DNA from: Camelus ferus
Taxonomy: Eukaryota
Direction of reading: 5' to 3'
Length of the DNA: 64,000 nt
Assembly (NCBI RefSeq): GCF_009834535.1
Contig: NC_045697.1
Coordinates: 34,660,001-34,724,000, forward strand
Positions 40,320 to 52,277 of this stretch are shown here, piece by piece (positions within the stretch are counted from its first letter, which is position 1; each line of letters opens with the position of its first letter). A program made the translations under genes and the position numbers. The notes under the pieces were generated by a model. That model saw only the letters and a program-made list of their open reading frames with translations, had not been told where the DNA came from and ran no database searches.

Positions 40320-40800
40320 GAATTAGTAATCTACTGTTGGAAACAAATTAGCTCCAAACGTAGAGGCATAAAACATTTATTATCTCACAGTTTCTGTGGG
40401 TCTGGAGTCCAGGCACAGCCTAGCTGGGCGCCTCTGAATCAGGCTGAGAAGTTCACAAAGCTCATGAAATTGCTGTCGAGCTCAGCTGGACTGAGCAGGA
40501 GAACCCAGGGCCAAGTTCACAAATACGGCTGTCGCTGGCCTTGGTGCCGGGCGTGGTTCCTCGTGATGGGGATTCTCCACAGGCCACCCGAGAATGTTGC
40601 AGGCCTGGCAGCTGGTTATCCAGGAGACAGAGAGCCCAAGGGCATGGAGACAGAAGCCACAGTCCTTTGTAACCTAATCTCCAGGTAACACTCCATCCCT
40701 CCTTGTATCATATTCATTTATGCTCACGGAGAAGGATGCACAGGGGTGTGAACAGCAAGTGGGGGACATCACTGGGCATCTCAGAGGCAGGATGGCCTAT
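40320..40800 (-). mobile_element. MLT1-type (MaLR) LTR, degenerate
   Basis: aaaacatttattatctcacagtttctgtgggtctggagtccaggcacagcctagctggg signature. Confidence 0.7.
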
Positions 40801-41649
40801 GCTGCCATCCTCCGTATCCTCAAATTAATTGTAAGAGAAATGACAGAAGATATTAACTTGGAGAGGCTGGTGTGGTACTCAAACACAATAAGGAGTAAGA
40901 GGAGGCTCTGAAAGCAGAGGCCTGAGAAAGGCAGTGTGATCAAGGGGTCCTGACCTCAGCCCCAGCTCACCTTATGGAGATGAGTCCAGAAAACTGCATT
41001 TTAACAGTACCCCAAGCCCCCTGAAGGCACATGAAGACTTAAGAACCACTCATATAAATTACTTATTTTCTCTTTACTTCATAAATTGGGAGGAAAAGAC
41101 AGAGAAGTCAGGTGATGATGGGGGGAGCAGGGTAGAAAGGTGGTGAGCTTTCTGGATCCCCAGCTCTCCTCCCTGGTCCCTGTCCTCTAAACAGTTACGC
41201 TGGGCTGGGTCTGTTCTCAGAGGAACCATTATGTGGGAGACACAGCCAATCACGTTTCACAAAGTGACCCTCACCAGAGAGGGGAGGCATGGGTGTCTCA
41301 CTGTTCAGTGTGCACTTAACCCCCTTGACTTCAACAAGGAGCTCCCCACTTGCTCTCCTCTGTCCACAGAAAATTCTCACTTGGTTTCTCCGGAGAATAA
41401 ACCCAGGGGGAGAAAGGCAGCTGCCTCGCTCTTCCAGGTGAAGGTAGGACTCTAGGTATCTGTCCTTCATTGAGGTTCTGAACCAGTCCTACCCATCACT
41501 GCATGATTGCAAACTGGGCTTCCAGCTTCTGAGTCTTTCCAGGGCACTGTGATGAGTGGGCTTGCTTTTCTTTGCACCATCCCCTGACCCCAGAGAGCTG
41601 GGTTTCAGCTTTCTTCACATTTTCACTGTTTTTAAATTGGATGTCTAGC

Positions 41650-41930
41650 CAGAGAACAAACTTGTGGTTACCAGGGAGGGAGGGGAGTGGGAGGGGATAA
41701 ACTGAGAGTTGAGATTTGCAGATACTAACTGATATGTATAGAATAGATAAACAAGTTTATACTGCATAGCACAGGGAACTATATTTGGTATCTTGTAGTA
41801 ACTTATGGTGAAAAGAATATGAAAACGAATATATGTATATCCATGTATGACTGAAGCATTGTGCTGTACACCAGAAATTGACACAACATTGTAAACTGAC
41901 TATACTTCAATAAATGTATATATATACAAA
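41650..41930 (+). mobile_element. 5'-truncated L1 3' end
   Basis: Same family as 33168 and 34191; TSD core atgtctagc at 41641-41649 and 41938-41946. Confidence 0.85.
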
Positions 41931-43512
41931 AAATTATATGTCTAGCAAATAAATTCATCAGTGGCTGATGGAGAGAAAACAGGGGGCTTTGAAAGGTTTA
42001 CAAAGGTTTACATTTTGACTGGGTCTTGAAGAATCGGTTGGATTTTGACTTTCCTAAGACCAGCTGGAGTATCAGAACGAAGGGAAGAAACTTCTAAGTC
42101 AAAGAAACCACAGGAGCAAATGTGGAGCCAAGTGATTTAGGGTAAATGATTTCTTTACTCTAAGGCAGCCCTCACAGGGAAACCAATCACATCTCATAAA
42201 CTGACCCTGGTCCCTCGCGCAGGCTCTCCCCACCATGATCAGTACCTCTGCTGCCACAACCGTCTCCTCTGGCCCCACAGCAGCCTGCGAGGCCAGACTT
42301 CTGTGACAGCCCTTAAAACAACCAATGACTCTGGCCTGGCAAACACCTACAGACATTTTTTGATTAGTAATACCCCTTGGGGCACCTCTTGGCTTTCTCT
42401 TGTCAACAGTAAACACTCACTGTTTTACTCAGAAGAAAATGGAACCAGAGCTAAGTGCAATTTACAGCAGCAATAAATGGGTGGTGCTTACCGTTGAATC
42501 AAATCGTCAGAAGCTGGCAGGGACAGTAAGAGTTCATCAAGTCCCTGCCCTTCCAGACCAGACAGACGGACCCCCCCAAATACTCCCACTAATAGTTGGC
42601 CTCTTATTCAGTCCTTCAGGCCATCTAACCCTTGTCTCTCAACTGTTACTTATTTTCTATGTAACTGAATCCTTCCTGTTATCATTCACATGCTTTTCTC
42701 TTGCTCTGCCCTCATGAGAAATGAAGAACAGATGCCCACAGAGCTTTTAATAAAAAGATCCTCATTAAGTCACTGCTTATCTGTGTCCTGTCATTAGGGG
42801 AGGTGGGGACACGGGCTGCTGCTTCTCAGCTCTTTCTGCTCTGCTTGGCCTGTGTTTCTGGTAAGAGCACCCACGATGGTATCCATGTGTGGACCGGGAC
42901 TCCAAGTTACATTTCAGAAGGGTACATGTGAACTAGCCTGGTTTATTTCTTACAAATTCTACCAGTGAGTGTTGGGTCCTGTGAGGTGATCTGGCTTAAG
43001 CAGATGACATTTAAAAACTGCAATCAAATTTTCCTAATGCCACTTAAAAATCAGAAATGCAAAAACGTTGTCAGCTGGCCCTATTGCTTTATTCTAAAAT
43101 GACTGAGCTTTGTTGAAACTTGGTTCCATAGTCATCCAGGATTAAAATTGGGCAGTATTTTTTCTTCTGAATTTGTAATTATTTGCACGATAAGGCTCTT
43201 TTGAGTCCTAGAGCTAAATTCAGCATTTCCAAAAATTGTACATGGGCCTCAACAGTCTTCCAAAGCAACTCCAAAATTAAGTTCATGGAGAACCTAGCAT
43301 CTTTATCTATTGTTTCTGTATATCTCGTTGGCAGGTTGGCAAAAAGAGGCCCCATGGTAAGGATGGGGACCTGGTATAAAGAAGTTACCAAAGGTGACCC
43401 ACCAAGGTTACAGCAAATCTCTAACTAGAACTTGGTCTCCTAGCCTTCAGACCTGAGTTGTTTACACTAAACATCATCCTAAAAACAAAACACTTTTCAA
43501 ACTGATTGCATT

Positions 43513-43515
<3 letters not shown>

Positions 43516-43565
<50 letters not shown>
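43516..43565. repeat. (AC)25 microsatellite in TXK intron 1
   Basis: 50 bp of perfect AC repeat, about 215 bp downstream of the exon 1 donor. Confidence 0.97.
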
Positions 43566-43567
<2 letters not shown>

Positions 43568-43781
43568 AGACTTAAGGACACTGTTTTGTTTTCCTGTGTG
43601 TTCTCCACCCCAAACATTTAACTAAAATCCCATCACCACGATGGTTATTTAAATAACAAACAAAACTCTTGTCACAACACCTGGGGAAATTATCTTCCAA
43701 ATTTCACAATCCCTGGCTTCAAGAATAAGTACCATGCCCAGAGGAAGCCCTGGAGATAAAGGTCAAAGCCATCTTACTTAC

Positions 43782-43797
43782 AGGTGGACAGAATCAT
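43782..43797 (-). CDS. TXK: TXK coding exon 1 (MILST + 1 nt)
   Basis: GCAGCC ATG ATT CTG TCC ACC T|gtaagt; consensus donor; phase 1 matches exon 2 (T+AT = Tyr). Confidence 0.92.
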
Positions 43798-44450
43798 GGC
43801 TGCACTTGTGCGGGGAGCATACAACACAGCCTTCAGGTCTTCGGCGGTGCCCCCATCACAAAAACACATCTTTTAACTGAAATCATAGCTCGCCCAAGAT
43901 GTTTCTCACGGGCAGAGTTAACCCCACCTATTTTCCTGTTCTGAAAACCTCAGAGAAGTGTGTGAATGACAGCCGGGTGGCCTACATGAGAGAAAGCGCA
44001 ATCACCTACATCTAGATCTCTGCGGGGAGCGCCTGTCACAGCCTCACCCTCGACCGTGTGGGTGACGCCAGCAAACAGCATTTTCAAGAAATCACAAGGT
44101 TTTGGTAAAAGGAACCCTTAAAAGGAGTATGAATTCAAACTGCTCCCTTCGGACAGAGAAGGAAACGGAGGTGCAGATAGAACAGGGCACACAGTGCGTT
44201 GTAGAAAAAGAATCAGACTCTACTTTCGAAAGTACCAAGTCCAGAACGTTCTGTCCTCCCACTGAGTTCTGACACTTGAGGCAGCAGATGAGGAAAGTTT
44301 ATTTTGGGTGGGGAGGGGACGAGGGAGGGAAAACCAATCCAGCCCCAGGTGACTGGGGCGTGACCAAGAAATACAAAAACAACATCAATAATATAAACAC
44401 GCACACAGGAGTTTCACTCCATCCCACTGAAAAATAAAGCCCCAAATTCA
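43798..44450 (-). promoter_or_regulatory. TXK: TXK 5' leader and proximal promoter
   Basis: Repeat-free DNA directly upstream of coding exon 1; leader GATTTCAGTTAAAAGATGTGTTTTTGTGA resembles the human TXK mRNA 5' end as recalled; GGAAA, CCAAT and TGACG motifs present; TSS not determinable from sequence. Confidence 0.6.
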
Positions 44451-45020
44451 CAAAAACTGAAGGGGGCAAATGTCTGAAGACACAGCAGATTCACACTGCC
44501 CTTCCTATTTCCTGCGTTAGAGATTAAGATCTCTTTAAGCATTCAGGGTGGATTCTTCTATTTTTTACTTCTCCTTTTGCCATAGCCAGGGTTTTATAGA
44601 AAAACTTTTTTTCTTTTTTTTTAGTTCTAGTGAAATATTTCAAGGTATTTGAAGAAAATGTTCCCAAATGTTGACAAGTTTCTTATCTAATCTTGTTTTC
44701 CCATCAGAAATCTACGTTGACTGTTGGGGCAAGGGCTGTACCTTCTCCTCTCTTTCCAAAGCCACTCAGCACTGAGACACAGCTCCTCAAGGTCGAGGGA
44801 AGTGTGGGCTGGGGCTGGGAGGGGTGGCAGGAGTCAAGGTGAGGGAGGAAGGAACGAGGAAAGTGTGACAGTGACAGCAGGGTAGAGCTCACGTAGGACC
44901 GACTCCCTCAAGGAACTACAAAGCTTGTGAGCGATTCAGTGAAAAGGTGTGTACATTTTCGTGATGAGGATACAGTTAAACAGGAAGATGCCAAGGAAGC
45001 TGGCAAACAGACAAAAATAT

Positions 45021-45026
45021 TTTATT
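45021..45026 (-). terminator. TEC: Candidate distal TEC poly(A) signal AATAAA (second candidate at 45216-45221; proximal variant TATAAA at 47396-47401)
   Basis: tttatt on plus strand, followed on the minus strand by U/GU-rich ttttgtctgtttg; usage not provable from sequence. Confidence 0.5.
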
Positions 45027-46599
45027 ATTTTCCATTATATTATTTTCCATTGTAAGGGGGACAGGGAGGAATTGAAGACAACCGTCAGGGGATGAGCTGA
45101 CCAGAATGAAAAGATGATTCTCCAGGGTCGTTTGAAAGAGCTGCTCAGAAGAGCCAGCTACAGCTTGTGTTCCTTAAAAGGTCTTGATTTTCCATAAATA
45201 CAGCATGCATTATCATTTATTTAACCATTTAAGCGTTAACTGAATTAAATGGTTCCAGTCACACTGCTATAGTATTCAAGCCATTGCAATCACCGAAAGT
45301 GGGTAGATGGGTCATTCCCCTTGACTCTGGCTGCCCTTCCTCTAAATCCTCCATACAAACAAAGGAAAGCAAGCAGTCACACGTAGAGGACACACGGCCC
45401 TGCTCCACACAGCCTGGCATGGAACAAAGGAAGCCCCTTCCCGGTTAACGAGGCTTGAAGATGGTAGAGGAGGTGGGCCTTGAATATGCAGCTTAAAAAA
45501 ATCAAATGTAGAGGCCTCAGCTCATTCTTGGAAGCAAGAGCCATAATAAACCCTTTGGGATCCTGAGTCCTGCTGTACAGAGGTGTCTTTGGGTCCTACC
45601 TAAGTGGATGATTTTCAGTGCTTCAAACACAAACCACAGAGCTGCCTTTTGATGTTCCAAGGTCTACAGGGAGTCCTGGGGGAAGCAGGCAGCTGGGGGC
45701 TAGTACCTGCGCTGTTCCGAGGCCGTGGGCCATCTTCCAGCCTGGTACTTGCCTGGGGAGCCTGGCGGGTAAACTCGTGAATCCAGCGCTGCCCTCCTGC
45801 GAGCTGTTTCCTTGGCAACATCGTGTGGTTCAGCAGCCTCAGTGGTTTCCGGGGAACATTCTGTAGGGTCTTGTTGACCAAGACAACTCACTGTGGGGCA
45901 TTAAGCAGCTTCTTCACATAAGAACTACTGACATGAACATGACTTCAAGTATGTTCCCCTGACACTCCACAGCCTGTGGGAGACCCCAGTCCCCAGAGCA
46001 GACGAACTCCTGAAGAAAGGCCCCTGTCTTCCTGGGTTTTCTGTGTCCACAAAACCAGCAACACTGCGTTGGGAGACACATGAGCTCTGCTTTGATGATG
46101 GAGACTCATGAGTCAACGAAGGCTCTAACCCAGAGGGTGTCTTGGTCGGGAACTCTAAGGGTCAGAAACCCACTCAAACGAACTCAATCACAGGGTCTAC
46201 TGTGAGGCTATAACACATCAGCTCTCTGATCCAGGAACCCAAGTCCAACCAGGCCTCTGAGAACCATCCGGGAGACAGCTCAAAACACCATGCTCTCCGT
46301 TTTTCCTGGTTGCTTCCTGGACGTGGCCAGAATTTGGCTTGCTCGTGGGTCTTGCTAGTGGTGGGAGCAGCCTTTGTGGTGAATATCATCTGATCCCTCT
46401 GCTCCCAGAGCCCAGCACACCTCCACTGACAGCATTTCTAGTCCAGGGACAGATTCTTAAGACACAGAAACTGATTAACTGCCCCTAGTTCAATTCTCCA
46501 TCCAACTCCAGTTAGCTGTGAATTTCATGGGCAGGATCACTTAGCCCCAACACAAGCCCTGTTGGGGGCTTAAGCTGGACAGGTACCCCCAAACATGCC

Positions 46600-47194
46600 T
46601 GTGGGAGCCCATGACTGGGTTAACAAATTTTAACAGATCCCAGCCGCTTATCTCCTTAAAGAAGATGTGCTTAGTAACTGCCTTGAGGTTTTAGCAACGA
46701 CCCAGGCCCCCCGGTAGTCTTCTATCCCCAAAACAGACTTGGGCTGGAACGGTAAACAACTTATAAAAAGCTGCAGACTAAGATGTGAGTAGGCTGGTTA
46801 GCCAATGACGGTAAGATCCAATGACCAGCAACCTAAGACAGGCACAGCCTGAGTCCAAGAAAAATCTTGTTAAGCAGTTGATTCTTTTATGTTCTGCCCT
46901 GATAAGCTGAAAGGCTCAACACGAACATGATTCACCAAAAAGGGTCTTCTGACCTTGAGCCAAACACCAACAATAAACAAAGCCTTTGTACTCATTGTGA
47001 TCCCACCCTGTCCTTCCCTAAATTCCTGCATTCCTCCTTTGACTATACTCAATAAATATGAGAGATTTGAGAGGCTCAGGGAGTTGGCTCCCGACTCCCT
47101 CTCACTCTCTTGACTTTTCCAGAGTCCTGAGTAATTCATTCCGTCTCGGTGGGACTTCTGCTGGGCAGAACCCACAACTGGTGTCGAACCCACA
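46600..47194 (+). mobile_element. Betaretrovirus-like (class II ERV) LTR remnant between TEC stop and TXK start
   Basis: TGTGGG...CCCACA inverted termini; 6-bp TSD catgcc/catgtc; CCAAT boxes, AATAAATA box at 47051; Lys-PBS-like tggtgtcgaac at 47179-47189. Confidence 0.75.
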
Positions 47195-47966
47195 CATGTC
47201 TACCAAAGTGAGGAAGGGGCATAGTGGTAGAAGGGTCCAGGCGTTTTTCTCTCCAGTAGGGAATATTTGATCCTCAGGGAAAAAGGAATTGACAGCTGTA
47301 AGGGTCATTCCCTAGTCCTAAGAAGGTTGGCTCATTCACTACAGAATTAAATGTTTCCATTAAAAGACAACTCATGTTTCTTATAAATATATAACTTTAT
47401 ATATTATATATATTTACAATATATACAGCATACAAATATGTGGTAATGTAATACTAATGCAGTCTTGAAAACAAATGTTTTCAAAACAAAAAGTGGGTAC
47501 TTATCCCAGGTAGGTTCCTGATCCATCCAGAATCCAAATTCGAGACAATACCCAAGCCCAGATTTCTGCAGAAGTCAAAGAGGGGGGTGGTTGGAACATG
47601 GTTCTGACACCCCTCCCTCCCAATTACCACTGACTCCAGCTAACATGGCCCCACGTGCACCCCTAAAATGGGCAGACCCTGGGGCCTGGGCACAGCACCT
47701 GGCACACAGTGGGCACCCCAGTACTTGCAGAAGGAATAAAAGTGTGTGCTTTTAACCACCACAGCATTTAACCACTGCAGCATTTCCATGATCCAGAAGA
47801 TTCAGTCACAGAGCTAAGGCTGGTCTAGGAGTAAATGGTTTAGGTGTTTCCACTCAATCAGTAAAACCATCTACACAGCCAAGTGCTAAATAAATTAAAA
47901 CTCTGCCACAAAGTGCCGTTTCTTCCTTGTGATTTGGAGTCTGGAAGCCGCTGGTCACAGCACCAC

Positions 47967-48050
47967 TTATCTTCCAAACGTTTCTCCACATTCAACTAGT
48001 TCATCTATCGTGCACAGCAAATCTTCAAAGGAAGGCCTTCCCTCGGGTTT
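47967..48050 (-). CDS. TEC: TEC last coding exon (KPEGRPSFEDLLCTIDELVECGETFGR*)
   Basis: tag|AAACCC...AGA TAA; 84 nt; stop codon at 47967-47969. Confidence 0.97.
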   Translation of the reverse strand, partial: KPEGRPSFEDLLCTIDELVECGETFGR

Positions 48051-49221
48051 CTACAATTCAAAATCAAAGAGAATCTGTGGGTTCCAAAATCCATCCTCCA
48101 GAATAATTCCTCACTGCTCAAACTCAGACAGTGCAGTGTACTAGCACAGGGGACTCACTACTTCGGGACTGGAACCTGCAGGCACCTCCAGCAGGTCTCC
48201 TCCATCCTGCATGTGCTGCTGCCTGACTAACCTTCCTGCCACGTGGCTTTTGTATCCCATTCAAGAACCTAACAGAGAACCCTACTGCCTGCAAAATCAA
48301 GTCTTGCTAATTTCCAGTGCCCGCTGTAACCTGCCCCACCCCTATTCCCTTTCTACCTACCCAGTTTTATTTCCCACAAAAACCCCAACATGTGCCCTAG
48401 GCTCAATCAGAACAACTGCTACCCAGTGTACACACACCCAGTTCATCGCTACCACCTTCCTTTGCTCACTGCCCTCTCTCCCTCTTGCGCCACTTCCTGG
48501 CCAGAAGGCCTCTGCTCATCCCAGTCAATGCTCTCAGGAGGCATTACAGCAAGTGACTGAGGGTCTGGGCTTTGAGCCGGACAGGGCTCTTCTTCTCTGG
48601 AGCTAAGTGGCCTTGAGCAAGCATCAACCTGGTGTTCTCGTCCACACTGCGGCCACAGTAGAAGTAGCCACACCTCAGAGGGTTATTCTGAGAACTCAAT
48701 CAAATGCACTTAGCACAGTGCCCAGCACACAACACCTGTGAGCTAGCATTGCTGTTATCTTTCAAAAGTCATTTTGGTGTCTAACCTCTTCTATGAAGTG
48801 ATGTTGCAACACGTGTGGAAGGAAAACTTCCAAAGACTGTGAGTCAAGAGACCTGACGAAGCTGAGGTTTGGAGAAAGAAACCCTCTCTGATGAAAATGT
48901 GATAATTCCACGATAAGAAGTCTACTGAAAAAGAGCTACTTCTCTGGGTTTATTCCCCAAGTCCCCGCCTCGGGCACCTGTGGCAGGATTCCCACTTGGG
49001 GGTGTGGTGGCAGCCTGAATTTAGTATCTTAATTATTTTCCACTTCTTCACATCTTCTTCCTGTTATTCAGTCTAGGTTGAGAAAAATCCTTCCAAAGGG
49101 TTTGAAATCATAAAACACATGCAGCAACTCACTAGGCTGTAAGGACTACACACTTTTAACCTACCAAGTCCAGATCCCTGGATGCTTTAAAGACGTAAGA
49201 AGCACACAAAAAATGTTATAC

Positions 49222-49379
49222 CTCCTGCCAGCATCTCAGCATGACCTCGTACACGTATCTGGATGCCAACTTCGGCTGGTGGAGTCGGTGGCCGCGAGAA
49301 ACCATGGTGACCACTTCATAGTTGGTGTTTTTCTCAAACGGCATTTTGCCTTCGGTGAATACTTCCCACATTAAAACAC
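49222..49379 (-). CDS. TEC: TEC kinase exon ([15 protein letters not shown]...MLRCWQE)
   Basis: cag|GTGTTTTA...CAGGAG|gtataa; 158 nt; preceded by an 82-nt intron. Confidence 0.98.
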
Positions 49380-49426
49380 CTGGAAGAGGATGAGGATTAC
49401 CAAACGATGCATCCACTTCCTCTTCA

Positions 49427-49780
<354 letters not shown>

Positions 49781-50982
49781 TCACTTTTCTGGTTTTCCTT
49801 TATGTAAAGTGATGGAGGCAGAATGCAGTAAGAGAGTCGGCAAACTCTTTTTTGGCAAGCAATTTTATTCTTTAGACGAAATTTTACCCAAAAGCCCCAC
49901 ATGAAAAACATCTAAAAAGCAGAGCTGCTCAAAAGGAAGTGGTGCAAAGCGTTTGGAACACACGTGCTTTCACCCACCCCCCACGATTCCACAGAGCACA
50001 ACTTAAAATTACAGCAAATAAAAAGAGCAAACTGCAAAATGATGTGTGTAAATGGTGGAGTATATTTACACACCTTGACATCCCTCCTCCCTGCACATAC
50101 ACTCAGAACAATACTACGTATTTTTCTATGGGAGCTTACTTATAACCTCCTGGAAGGACACGCACCAGCTGGTAACACTGGTTACCCCTGCGGAGGATCC
50201 TTGATCAGGGTGGTAAACATGAGTCCTGAAGCCCTTTCTGTAATGTATTCAGTATGTATTTACAAGAGGAATGTGTTTATGTATTATATGAATGTAAAAT
50301 TAATTTCTAAAAGCTCCATAAGAAAACATGTAAAGAACTGCACAAACTTCCTTTGCTGCATAGACAAACACGGTGACAATGCCACCATGGGCGGCTGTCC
50401 ATCAGGGGAGTCTGGAGTGAGCGTCTAATGAGTGTTTTAGAGGGGTTGATGCAAAAGCACAGGTTTTTTGAAAGCCAAACACATGAAAACCAAACATGAT
50501 GTTGGAGGCCTGCCAGTCAGATACACAACATCTACGCAGAAAGCCAACAGAGAGCCCTGGGTCGTTACTGCCCTGACAGCCAGCAGACCTGGTCCTGTTT
50601 CTGACAGCACTGGCTTCCTAAGCTCCCTGGGCCCGAGCTCCCAGGACTGAACCCTGGCCCTGGCCCCTGCCGGCCTTTGTAACTGCTCCTCACGCTGGTC
50701 ATGGGCCAGCCTCCCCCAGCCCTCCCCTCCCACCCTCCGGCCTCTTTTGACTTTTAAGCAGCTAAGCTTGTCCCAAATTTCAAGCCTTTGGTCTCACTGT
50801 TCCTGCCACCTAGAATGTTTTATCCTCAGATTTTCACCTAACTGACTACTCTCTGCCTTTTGAGTCTCTCTTCAAACATCCCAGTCTCAAAGAGGACTTC
50901 AGAGGACCAAATCTTAAGGAGCTACCATCACCCTGCCCTGCACCATCGCTCAGCACCCACCAACCCCAAGTTATCGCTATCA

Positions 50983-51255
50983 CAGGGGGCGGCAAACTTT
51001 TTCTGCAAAAGGCCAGATAATGACTCTTTCTGATTTTGCAGTAGTGTGAACACAGCCAGACAACATATCTGCAAATGAGCTACGTCCTAGTATCACTTAA
51101 TTTATGGACACTGACACAAATTTTAGGTAATTTTCACGTCATAACATTTTAAAGTCTTTTTCCAACCATTAAATAATGTGAACACCATGGCTGGCTCACA
51201 GGTCATGCAAACAGAGGTGGTGGGTTAGATGTGGCCTCTGGTTTGCTGACCCCTG
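50983..51255. mobile_element. MER58-like hAT DNA transposon
   Basis: Terminal inverted repeats cagggggcggcaaac / gtttgctgacccctg. Confidence 0.8.
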
Positions 51256-52212
51256 CTCTGTCCCCTCACTCTGTGTTTCCCAACTTCAGCGGGTCTCAGG
51301 TCTATGTTTCTCTCTCCTCCTGAACATACGCTGCACGTGGGCAAGGACTCGTATGTCTCATCCTCGGCTGGGCTCAGTCTCTAACATGGGGCCTGGCACA
51401 CAGCAGGCCCTGAGGTTTTTACAGATGGACATACAGATGAACGAATGGACAGAAGGAAGGAGGGAAGGAAAGGACAAACAAAATACTTTTTAAAGGTCTG
51501 TTCTAACACCCTGTTAAAATTACAAAAATTAAGAAAGTTAAAAAATTACCGATTTGGGTATTCTAAAAACTCTACCCCAAGCACATTTCTGTAAAAACAA
51601 AAGAGTCTAGAAATTTAATCCATACCAGGGAGAAAACAAAGCAGTGTATTTAACAGGCTATACCACCACCTAGTGGAGAGAGTGATTAACAATGATTAAC
51701 ATAGTGTATACTTTGTTATTTTAGTATATTTATCTATCTCAAAACAGCTAACATGATTTCCTTTCCGCTTCATCAGTGCAGATTACTTCCATGCTCATCA
51801 GTCCTCTAAACTAATGTGAATATCACCTAAAGCCACATAATGAAGCATTAAGTAATCACAATTTCTCAAGCTTACCTAAGAAAAAGCCAAAGCTAATAGT
51901 AAAAAGACAAATTCAGCATAGAAATCTTTCAAAATATGATCTAATTTATTTTCTAACCTTAAATCAAAAACGCTAAGAAGCAGAAAAATCAGTTAGTTCA
52001 CCCATGCGAAAATGACAGGTCCTACTACTGTTTTGCCAACGGGACAAAAGATGTTTAAAAACAGCTCTTTAATAAGCTTCAGAGGAAGAAGTTGACACAG
52101 TCAAACTGCAAAGAAAAAAATCAGGCTTTCTGTACTTTTAAGGGAAAGGTCACAGCCTTACATTCATTTAACCCAAAATTTATAGAAAATGTTTATATAT
52201 AGTCAGCCTTAC

Positions 52213-52277
52213 CTGGCCATTCCAAAATCAGATACTTTCACAATTCCCGCCTCATTTACTAGACAATTTCTGGCAGC
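52213..52277 (-). CDS. TEC: TEC kinase exon (AARNCLVNEAGIVKVSDFGMA)
   Basis: cag|GCTGCC...GCCAG|gtaagg; 65 nt; AARN and DFG motifs. Confidence 0.98.

Larger units (their letters stand above)
1..43890 (-). other. TXK: TXK/RLK tyrosine kinase gene span (5' part; exons 1-9, continues beyond left edge)
   Basis: Nine exons splice in frame (16+55+103+206+66+55+80+128+75 = 784 nt) to MILSTYNTIQSIFCCCCCCSVQKR...KRKPLPPLP...SH3...SH2...LPATAGFSY. A Cys string in place of a PH domain is diagnostic of TXK. TSS position is approximate. Confidence 0.97.

Noticed and set aside
38044..40688. Cluster of overlapping 60-160 aa ORFs in TXK intron 1
   Set aside because: Expected in GC-rich or LTR-derived DNA; no recognisable domain or splice support
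44221..44234. 14-bp perfect palindrome tactttcgaaagta upstream of TXK
   Set aside because: A few palindromes of this length are expected by chance in 64 kb; no assignable factor
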